Source: a bacterium
GTDB lineage: Bacteria; Zhuqueibacterota; Zhuqueibacteria; Zhuqueibacterales; Zhuqueibacteraceae
Assembly (NCBI GenBank): GCA_044869275.1
Contig: JBIOXB010000104.1
Location: 1-24,623, forward strand
Direction of reading: 5' to 3'
Length of the DNA: 24,623 bases
Shown piece after piece: positions 15,820-22,994 of this stretch (its first letter is position 1; each line of letters opens with the position of its first letter). A model generated the notes under the pieces. The model did not search any database. It was not told the DNA's origin and saw only the letters and a program-made list of their open reading frames with translations. The position numbers were made by a program, and so were the translations under genes.

Positions 15820-16812
15820 TCAGTGCATATTCTGTGTTCGGCTTTGATCGAGCAAGCGCACGGCTTGCAAACGCACGTAGCCGTTTGAATCACCGGCCGC
15901 CGCAGTTTCCAAAGCCGGAATTTTCTCGGCGGATTGATAGCGGCTCAATGCCTCAATCGCCTGCATACGCACCGCGGAATTGGCATCGCGTAACAACGTT
16001 TGAATCAATGCATTTTTGACTTGCTCGGCGGGCGGATGCTTCTTGAGCGCCTCGACGGCTTTCAAACGCACACCGGCATTGGCATCGTAGCGCAGGACCT
16101 GCAGCAGTGCTTTCGTCAATTCATTATCACCCACTTCAGGCATTTGCGCCGGCGTGATTTCGCCGGCGGCTTTGATCGCCCGCAAACGCAAACCGGTCTG
16201 CTCTTCCTGGCGCATGGCATAAGCCAGCACTTGCCGCACCATGGGATCTTCCGTGGAGCCGCGCAAAGAAATGTTGTTCACCGTGCTGAATTCGATTTCG
16301 ATTTGCCCGGTCACGGCATCGATGCGTATGGCATGCACGTTCGCCAGATGCGGCGCAAGCACGGAACGCTCGGTGGCAATGGGTTGTTGCGCCAGCAATG
16401 CGGGTAAAATATCCGGCGCAATATTCGGAGCATTCACGATTTCCGTGCGCGCAAAAAACTGCCGGCCCGCGAAGACCCCCACCAGCAACGCCGCGAGCGT
16501 GAACCCGATCTGCCCGGCCGCGCGCCCGGCCACCAACTGCTGCCGCAGCCATGCCAGCGGCGAAAACGGCAGCCGTGATTCTGCTTCCAGCTTGTCCATG
16601 AGATCGGAACGCAAGCGCTGCAGCGTGCTCGCCTGGGGCTCGTACACGGGCGCCTGTTGCAGGCGCTGATACAAAGCGCGCAGAGCTTGCAATTCCTCAC
16701 GCGCGGCGGGCTCGCTTTGCAGCCAAGTCTCGACCTCAGCTTTTTCCTGCGGCGTCAATTCCCCGCTGTCGTACAGCGGCAGGAGCATGCGCCCGCGCTC
16801 TGATTCTTTCAT
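15820..16812 (-). CDS. Putative anti-sigma factor with one TM helix and C-terminal HEAT repeats
   Basis: 4-nt overlap with the ECF sigma gene; LYDSGELTPQEKAEVE N-terminus; TM IGFTLAALLVGVFAG; repeats DANAGVRLKAVEAL, DANSAVRMQAIEAL, DSNGYVRLQAVRLL. Confidence 0.85.
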   Translation of the reverse strand: MKESERGRMLLPLYDSGELTPQEKAEVETWLQSEPAAREELQALRALYQRLQQAPVYEPQASTLQRLRSDLMDKLEAESRLPFSPLAWLRQQLVAGRAAGQIGFTLAALLVGVFAGRQFFARTEIVNAPNIAPDILPALLAQQPIATERSVLAPHLANVHAIRIDAVTGQIEIEFSTVNNISLRGSTEDPMVRQVLAYAMRQEEQTGLRLRAIKAAGEITPAQMPEVGDNELTKALLQVLRYDANAGVRLKAVEALKKHPPAEQVKNALIQTLLRDANSAVRMQAIEALSRYQSAEKIPALETAAAGDSNGYVRLQAVRLLDQSRTQNMH

Positions 16813-17387
16813 ATTTGGTCCTCGTGATAGGCCTGCAATTTTTTCTGCAAATGATGGGTGGCGCGAAAAAGATAGTTCTTCACCGTACCTTCAGCGCAGG
16901 ACAGAATTCCGGCGATCTCGCGCACTTTGTGGCCGTGAAAATGGCGCAGCACGAACACGGCGCGCTGCTGGTCCGAAAGATCGTCCAGCGCCGCCTGGAT
17001 GCGCTCTCCCAGCTCTTGATTCAACAGCATGCGCTCGGGATCCTGGCCGTGATCCTGCGGTTGCGGCAAATCATCCTGCTCTTCGTTCTGCGCACTCTCC
17101 AGTGAGCGATAGCGCCGCAACTGGCGTTTCTTGCGAAAGTTGAGACAATGGTTGACCGCAATGCGGTGCAGCCACGTGGAAAATTCGCTTTCAAAACGAA
17201 ATGACGACAGCTTGCGAAAGACTTGCAGAAAGATGTCTTGATAAACGTCTTCTGCGTCTCTCGCGCTGTTGAGCAATTGATAAGCGAGCTGCAACACGCG
17301 ACGATCGTGCATGGCCACCAGTTGCGCGAACGCGCCGGCGCTGCCCTGCTGCGCCTGCCGGATGAGCCTGTTCTCCCTTTCGTCCAT
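16809..17387 (-). CDS. ECF RNA polymerase sigma factor
   Basis: Region 2 DAEDVYQDIF...FSTWLHRIAVN; region 4 LSDQQRAVFVL...EIAGIL...GTVKNYLFRA. Start set at MDERENRLI, downstream of the predicted promoter. Confidence 0.95.
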   Translation of the reverse strand: MDERENRLIRQAQQGSAGAFAQLVAMHDRRVLQLAYQLLNSARDAEDVYQDIFLQVFRKLSSFRFESEFSTWLHRIAVNHCLNFRKKRQLRRYRSLESAQNEEQDDLPQPQDHGQDPERMLLNQELGERIQAALDDLSDQQRAVFVLRHFHGHKVREIAGILSCAEGTVKNYLFRATHHLQKKLQAYHEDQI

Positions 17388-17398
17388 TTTGTGCCTGT

Positions 17399-17430
17399 TT
17401 AGACATTCCTGCAAAGAAAAGGTTTGCAGG
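17399..17430 (-). promoter_or_regulatory. ECF-type (likely autoregulatory) promoter overlapped by an 8-bp inverted repeat
   Basis: Minus strand GCAAAC-N16-TGTCTAA fits the AAC...GTC ECF pattern; CCTGCAAA-N7-TTTGCAGG at 17408-17430. Confidence 0.65.
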
Positions 17431-17474
17431 TCGGGGTGGTATTTTGTAGACTTGCGGAAAGAATAGAATCGTGG

Positions 17475-17509
17475 TTCACACGTTACACTTTACACGTGTA
17501 ACGTGTAAG
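17475..17509. repeat. Heptamer tandem/inverted repeat
   Basis: TTCACAC GTTACAC TTTACAC GTGTAAC GTGTAAG; 11-bp stem 17478-17506. Confidence 0.8.
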
Positions 17510-17544
17510 ATACTTTTGATCGTGCCACCTTCTGGAACGAAATA

Positions 17545-18204
17545 GTGCAGCAAAACGATCACAAACACAAGCCTTTTGTGGCCATTGCGGGCAACATTGG
17601 AGTGGGCAAGACCACGCTCACGAATATTCTCATCGCACGGCTGGGCTGGCAGGGATTTCTGGAGAAAGAAGTCGCGAATCCATATTTGGCGGATTTCTAT
17701 GGCGACATGAAGCGCTGGTCCTTTCATTCGCAGCTTTTTTTTCTTAAGGAGAGAATGAAGGATCACATACAAATCCAGCGCAGCGCGCAACCCTGCGTGC
17801 AGGATCGCACGATTTACGAGGACGCTGAAATATTTGCCCGAAATCTGTTCGAGCGCGGCATGATGGAGGCGCGCGACTTTGCCTGTTACACGGATATTTA
17901 TGAAGCCATTGCCGCTGCCCTGCGCCCGCCGGATGTGATTGTGTATTTACGCGCTTCGATTTGGACGCTGATCAGCCGCATCCGCCATCGCGGCCGCGAT
18001 TTCGAACAGAACATCGACAAGGAATATCTCGCGCAGCTCAACTTCGCGTATGATCGCTGGGCCAGGCGCATGGCGCAACAGCATCGCGTCATGATTGTGG
18101 AAACGGATGCGCTCGACGTGCCGGGCGACACCGCGGCCTTGGAAAAGATGGTGGCGGAGGTTTGTGGCTTCATAGAAAAGGCGCCATTGCAGGCGCCGGC
18201 ATGA
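17545..18204 (+). CDS. Deoxynucleoside kinase (dCK/dGK/dAK family)
   Basis: AGNIGVGKTT P-loop, NPYLADFY, QLFFL, DRTIYED, lid RIRHRGRDFE; GTG start. Confidence 0.93.
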   Translation: MQQNDHKHKPFVAIAGNIGVGKTTLTNILIARLGWQGFLEKEVANPYLADFYGDMKRWSFHSQLFFLKERMKDHIQIQRSAQPCVQDRTIYEDAEIFARNLFERGMMEARDFACYTDIYEAIAAALRPPDVIVYLRASIWTLISRIRHRGRDFEQNIDKEYLAQLNFAYDRWARRMAQQHRVMIVETDALDVPGDTAALEKMVAEVCGFIEKAPLQAPA

Positions 18205-18244
18205 AAGTGGGGGTTGTCCTGCCATTTAAAACCACCGGGTTCGC

Positions 18245-19654
18245 ATGGCTTTTGTCGATTATATCATCATCCTCCTCTATCTTCTCGCCTTGTTGGTCTT
18301 TGGATTCTACCGCAGCAAAACTGCGGTAAACGATCCTGAAGAGTACGTGCTCGCCGGGCGGAGATTGTCCCTGCCGGCATTCGTGGCCACATTGGTGACG
18401 ACGTGGTATGGCGGCATTCTGGGTGTGGGTGAGTTCTCCTACAACCACGGCCTTTCGAATTGGCTGGTGTTTGGCGTGCCCTATTATCTCTATGCCTTGC
18501 TCTTCGCATTTTTTCTAGCGGGGCGAGCGCGGCGGAGCAATCTCTTCACCATTCCCGAACAATTGGAAAACAGTTATGGGCGTGCTTGTGGCATGGCCGG
18601 GGCTTTGTTCGTTTTTTTGCTCTCCAGCCCGGCGCCTTACGTGTTGATGCTAGGTGTACTCGGCCAGATTTTATGGGATTGGCCCCTGTGGCTGGGCGTG
18701 ATCGCCGGCGCTTTTTTTTCGACAGTGTACGCCTGGCGCGGCGGGTTTGCCGCGGTGGTACGCACGGAAATTTTGCAATTCGTGTTGATGTATGCCGGCT
18801 TTGCCGTGTTGCTTTACTTTGCCGTCTCGCATCACGGCGGCGTGAGCTTTTTGCGCGAGCATTTGCCCGCTACGCATTTGACGTGGCACGGTGGCAATCG
18901 TCTGCAATATATACTGGTATGGTATTTCATTGCCATGAGCACGCTGGTGGATCCCACTTTTTACCAGCGCTGCTTTGCGGCAAAGGACGAAAGTGTCGCG
19001 CGCCGGGGTATTTTGATTTCCGTGGCCTGCTGGTTCGTGTTTGATTTGATGACCACGGCGTGCGGCCTGTACGCGCGCGCGTTGTTGCCAAATCTGCAAG
19101 AAGGCGCCGCGGCGTATCCGCAGCTCGCGCTGCAGCTCTTGCCGGAAATCGGGCGCGGACTTTTCTACGTTGCCTTGCTGGCCACCATCATGTCCACGGT
19201 GGACGGCTTTTCTTTTCAGTCGGCCGTGACTCTGGGAAAGGATTTTCTTTCCAAGATTTTCCCCATGGGCGGCGCCCGCGGTATCACTTTCCATACGCGC
19301 GCCGGTTTGTTGCTGACGTTCGCCCTCGCGGTGGTCATCGCCGTGCGGGCGCAATCTGTGGTGACGATTTGGTACCAACTCGGCGCGCTCACGACGCCGG
19401 CACTGTTGCTGCCGCTGGCCTCCAGTTTTTCGCAGCGCTGGCGGATGTCGCCGCTGGCCGCATTCTTTTCAATGGTGCTGAGCGCAAGTATAACGGCCGG
19501 TTGGCTGCTTAACGCCGAGGAGGGCGAATACTGGTGGGGTCTTGAGCCGATTTATTCCGGCTTGGCGGTCTCCTGCCTTTGTTTTGTTGCTGATCATATT
19601 CTGAGAAAACGAAAAGTGCGAAGCGCGAGCCTGCCACCACTTGCTCGTCAATAG
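18245..19654 (+). CDS. Sodium:solute symporter (SSS) family transporter
   Basis: Many hydrophobic helices; EYVLAGRRL, GGFAAVVRTEILQ, YQRCFAAKD, LATIMSTVD motifs. Confidence 0.93.
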   Translation: MAFVDYIIILLYLLALLVFGFYRSKTAVNDPEEYVLAGRRLSLPAFVATLVTTWYGGILGVGEFSYNHGLSNWLVFGVPYYLYALLFAFFLAGRARRSNLFTIPEQLENSYGRACGMAGALFVFLLSSPAPYVLMLGVLGQILWDWPLWLGVIAGAFFSTVYAWRGGFAAVVRTEILQFVLMYAGFAVLLYFAVSHHGGVSFLREHLPATHLTWHGGNRLQYILVWYFIAMSTLVDPTFYQRCFAAKDESVARRGILISVACWFVFDLMTTACGLYARALLPNLQEGAAAYPQLALQLLPEIGRGLFYVALLATIMSTVDGFSFQSAVTLGKDFLSKIFPMGGARGITFHTRAGLLLTFALAVVIAVRAQSVVTIWYQLGALTTPALLLPLASSFSQRWRMSPLAAFFSMVLSASITAGWLLNAEEGEYWWGLEPIYSGLAVSCLCFVADHILRKRKVRSASLPPLARQ

Positions 19655-19674
19655 CACCGAACTATAAATTTTTC

Positions 19675-19703
19675 TTGACAAATTAATTTTTCGGTGATAT
19701 ATT
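19675..19703 (+). promoter_or_regulatory. Sigma-70 promoter with overlapping palindromic operator
   Basis: TTGACA-N17-TATATT with extended -10 TG; near-palindrome GACAAATTAATTTTTC at 19677-19692. Confidence 0.8.
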
Positions 19704-19709
19704 CGCGCC

Positions 19710-20315
19710 ATGACAACACAACCCCAAACCGCGGTCAACTTGGTGGGAAGCGCCGCAGGTGCCGCCGCCATGCTCAACCCCTTGCGGCTGCAAATTCTCG
19801 AGAAATTGCGCGAGCCGGATTCGGCTTCTGGCTTATCGCGGCATATGAAGATTCCGCGCCAGAAAATCAATTATCATCTGCGGGAGCTGGAGAAGCACGG
19901 CCTGGTCGAGCAGGTGGAAGAACGCAAGAGAGGAAATTGCGTGGAAAGAATCGTGCGGGCGACGGCCCGTCACTATCTCATTAACCCCGCGGCGCTGGGC
20001 AATCTCGCCGCCGACCCGAGTGAAATACCAGACCGTTTTTCCTCGACCTATTTGGTTGCGGTTGCCGCCCGTGCCATACGGGATTTGGCGGTACTGCGCA
20101 CGAATGCCGACAAAGCTGGCAAGCAGCTCGCGACATTCACCTTGGAAACGAATGTCAGGCTTGCGTCGGTTGCGGACTTGAATGCCTTCGCCGAAGAACT
20201 GGCCAACGCGGTCGCCCGCTTGGCCGCCAAGTATCACAACGAGCACGTCCCGCGCGGCCGGGTGTTCAAATTCATTGTCGGCTCCTATCCGGCGATCACG
20301 AAACATGAGCAATGA
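19710..20315 (+). CDS. ArsR-like (HTH_20) winged-helix transcriptional regulator
   Basis: LNPLRLQILEKL...SASGLS...RQKINYHLRELEKHGLV; located upstream of an SRPBCC gene. Confidence 0.9.
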   Translation: MTTQPQTAVNLVGSAAGAAAMLNPLRLQILEKLREPDSASGLSRHMKIPRQKINYHLRELEKHGLVEQVEERKRGNCVERIVRATARHYLINPAALGNLAADPSEIPDRFSSTYLVAVAARAIRDLAVLRTNADKAGKQLATFTLETNVRLASVADLNAFAEELANAVARLAAKYHNEHVPRGRVFKFIVGSYPAITKHEQ

Positions 20316-20365
20316 CATACCCAACCATGCAGCCTTAAGTTTATGCTTTTGCACCAAAGCGGCAC

Positions 20366-20455
20366 TGTCATTCTGCAAGAATCTTCCCATGTTAAAATAT
20401 CACGGTCTATTTCGGCCCTGTGCCCAGCACTTGGGAAGATGCTTTCAGCATGACA
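20366..20455. repeat. 90-bp palindromic element with 24-bp terminal inverted repeats (MITE/REP-like)
   Basis: TGTCATTCTGCAAGAATCTTCCCA (20366-20389) and TGGGAAGATGCTTTCAGCATGACA (20432-20455), 21/24 complementary. Confidence 0.8.
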
Positions 20456-20524
20456 CCCCTGGTGTTGGCGTTGACTAACGTTGAAGTAGTAAGAACTGTT
20501 CAAAGAACAACGTGAGGAGTAGCT

Positions 20525-21370
20525 ATGTCCAATTCCAAAAGTAAGCCCCAAACTCGTTCGGTCGAGGCCGAGATCGAAATCGATGCCCCTATAGAAGCCG
20601 TGTGGAAGGCGCTGACCGACGCCGACGAGCTCACCCGCTGGTTTCCGCTGGAAGCGGGCAAAAATCCTGACGGCAAACTTTGGATGTCATGGCGAAATGA
20701 ATTTAAATGGGATAGCCGCATCGAGATTTCCGATCCGCCCCGCCATTTTCGTTATGCCACGGTCGAAAGCTTGTCCGGAGAACACAAAGCCTCGACACCT
20801 TCGGAGAGCAACACCATGAAGATGGAACCCACGGCCACGGATTTTTACTTGGAAGTACGTGGCGGCAAGACAGTGTTGCGCCTGGTCCATTCCGGATTTT
20901 CGACTGCGGCCGACTGGGATGCCTTATACGACGGTACGAAACGCGGATGGAAGTTCCAGCTTTGGAGCCTTCGCCATTATTTGGAGAATCACTGCGGCAG
21001 TCCGCGCAACACTGCCTATGTCCGGATTTTCCTGAAAAGACTAACGCAAGAACAGGCATGGCAACGCCTCTTCGGGCCGGAAATACTGGCGCGGGAAGGC
21101 GGAGTAAAAGGATTGCAGCAAGGAGATCGATATGAGCTGCGCACTGCGGCCGGTGATCATTTCTCGGGAATCGTCTTTACCTGTGATCCCCCTCGCGAGT
21201 TCTCCGCGACAGTGGAAAATTTTAATCACGGAATTCTGGAAGTTCATTCGGATGCGCTGTTCGATTATCGCGACGTGAATTTTTATCTCTTCACTTACGG
21301 CGTACCGCGGCCTCAGGTCGAGGAAATTGAGTCACGCACGCGCCAGCTTTTGCAGGGCCTGGAAGATTAG
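20525..21370 (+). CDS. SRPBCC (AHSA1/START-like) domain protein, apparently two domains
   Basis: EIEIDAPIEAVWKALTDADELTRWF, GKTVLRLVHSGF, GWKFQLWSLRHYLE; second unit from EQAWQRL; SD GAGGAG. Confidence 0.9.
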   Translation: MSNSKSKPQTRSVEAEIEIDAPIEAVWKALTDADELTRWFPLEAGKNPDGKLWMSWRNEFKWDSRIEISDPPRHFRYATVESLSGEHKASTPSESNTMKMEPTATDFYLEVRGGKTVLRLVHSGFSTAADWDALYDGTKRGWKFQLWSLRHYLENHCGSPRNTAYVRIFLKRLTQEQAWQRLFGPEILAREGGVKGLQQGDRYELRTAAGDHFSGIVFTCDPPREFSATVENFNHGILEVHSDALFDYRDVNFYLFTYGVPRPQVEEIESRTRQLLQGLED

Positions 21371-21379
21371 CAGGTTGCC

Positions 21380-21478
21380 GCAAGACTATGGCAATGTCTT
21401 GCCCGCGAAGCATGCAATTATTCCGCCGTAGTTTGCTTCACTTCTTTTGAACGCAGAGGACGCTGATTTTCGCAGATT
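21380..21478. repeat. Short hairpin plus degenerate CGCWGA repeats
   Basis: GCAAGAC-N9-GTCTTGC (21380-21402); CGCAGA/CGCTGA/CGCAGA at 21452, 21461, 21471. Confidence 0.45.
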
Positions 21479-21515
21479 CCCAGTTCTGATTCTGTGACCT
21501 CAGGAGAAAAACGCC

Positions 21516-22046
21516 ATGAAACGGTTAGCACCCATGTTGCTGTCGTTCACGATCATCACCTGCACTGTAAATATGCTTTGGGCTCAGAGCCAGGCCACTA
21601 AAGGGCAAGCCGCTCAAGATTGGGCGGCCGCCGGTTTCGAAAAACTCAAATCACTCGCGGGAGAATGGCAGGGTCAAGGTCCGCACGGGTTGACCAAGGT
21701 ATCGTATCAAGTCGTTTCCGGTGGCACGGCAGTCATGGAGACGATGGTTCCTGAGCATGAGCCGAGCATGGTCACATTATATCATCGCGACGGCGACAGG
21801 TTCATGATGACGCACTACTGTTCCAGCGGCAATCAGCCGCGCATGCGCGCCGAGGCCACCGGTGGTGAATTCAAAAGTTTGAATTTTACTTTCATCGATA
21901 TTACCAATTTGGCGAAGCCTGCTGATGGTCACATGCAAGAGCTGGTGCTCAACTTCCAAAGCAAAGATCAATTCACAAGCGTGTGGACCTGGCGCCAAGA
22001 CGGGAGGGATACGCCCTCGACCTTCGTTCTTGAACGGAAAAAGTAG
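21516..22046 (+). CDS. Secreted hypothetical protein, likely beta-barrel, with THYC..GNQPRM motif
   Basis: SD AGGAG; signal peptide-like N-terminus; FEKLKSLAGEWQG and MTHYCSSGNQPRM motifs. Confidence 0.82.
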   Translation: MKRLAPMLLSFTIITCTVNMLWAQSQATKGQAAQDWAAAGFEKLKSLAGEWQGQGPHGLTKVSYQVVSGGTAVMETMVPEHEPSMVTLYHRDGDRFMMTHYCSSGNQPRMRAEATGGEFKSLNFTFIDITNLAKPADGHMQELVLNFQSKDQFTSVWTWRQDGRDTPSTFVLERKK

Positions 22047-22135
22047 CACAGAATGGTACAGCCATGCTTTGATTCGCCTCGGCTTTATGTTGTTGCGGGG
22101 ATTCTGTGCAAACTTGGGGCGCGAATGTTGCCCAT

Positions 22136-22939
22136 TTAAGCCTTTTTTAAGATACAAACCATCTGCTCAGCCCTGGCATGGTTTAATGGGATATCCTCAT
22201 GTAAACTACCGTAGAATCCAACCGTCTCCCATTTTCCCACAGATTGAATCAGCAATGCCAGTTCATCGCGCCATAGCATTCGATCACGCATAACAGTGGA
22301 GATGGTGAACCGCCGTTTTGACACTGTGTCGTTCACAGTATAGACAACGTGGGTCTGCGAGATTTGATTAACCGCATCAAACGTATCTTCCTCAGTCGCC
22401 CACTGCGTTGACACGGTAACACCATCGCGAACGCTCTTCCACGGGATTCCAGAGGCATCAATTTCCAAAATATCATGGGGGTGGATCAATTCAACTATAT
22501 AGAGTCCTCCCCGGCGCAGATTGAAAGCCATTGCAGAAAGGTGTTCCTTCACCTCTGCAACCGTCAGCAGGTAATTCATGCTCAGAAGCGGGCAATACGC
22601 AAAATCGACCTTCGAACGCATCATAAACGTCCTCATGTCACCTCTTCGAATGTCAAAAACACCGTCAAACCTGCGAGCTTTGGCCTTCGCATAGTCAACC
22701 ATATTCTGGGAATAATCAATACCGATCATTCTGGCTTCACAATGGCGCGCAAATTCGAACAAGTGGTTCGCGGGGCCACACGCAGCCTCTAAGATACGTT
22801 TAGGGTTCTTTATCCCAAACCGCCGATTCCATTTCAGCATCTGCAAAACGTCACTGCGGTAATCGCGATAACTCAAAGCGATGTCATAATACAGGGGATA
22901 ATCCCAAATTGAACCAGGCTTTTGTTTTCGACGAGTCAT
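22136..22939 (-). CDS. Class I SAM-dependent methyltransferase
   Basis: Motif I ILEAACGPA, GIDYSQNMVDYA, GDMRTF, LRRGGLYIVE. Confidence 0.9.
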   Translation of the reverse strand: MTRRKQKPGSIWDYPLYYDIALSYRDYRSDVLQMLKWNRRFGIKNPKRILEAACGPANHLFEFARHCEARMIGIDYSQNMVDYAKAKARRFDGVFDIRRGDMRTFMMRSKVDFAYCPLLSMNYLLTVAEVKEHLSAMAFNLRRGGLYIVELIHPHDILEIDASGIPWKSVRDGVTVSTQWATEEDTFDAVNQISQTHVVYTVNDTVSKRRFTISTVMRDRMLWRDELALLIQSVGKWETVGFYGSLHEDIPLNHARAEQMVCILKKA

Positions 22940-22994
22940 AGAATAACTTCACAGCTAGCTTTTCAAAGTTCATTACAAATGGCAAATAAGTTTG

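Noticed and set aside
15738..15893. N-terminal extension of the DUF4097 ORF
   Set aside because: Overlaps the anti-sigma gene; signal peptide and SD point to 15737.
20182..20551. Small ORFs spanning the ArsR-SRPBCC gap
   Set aside because: They overlap real genes and run through a palindromic repeat element.
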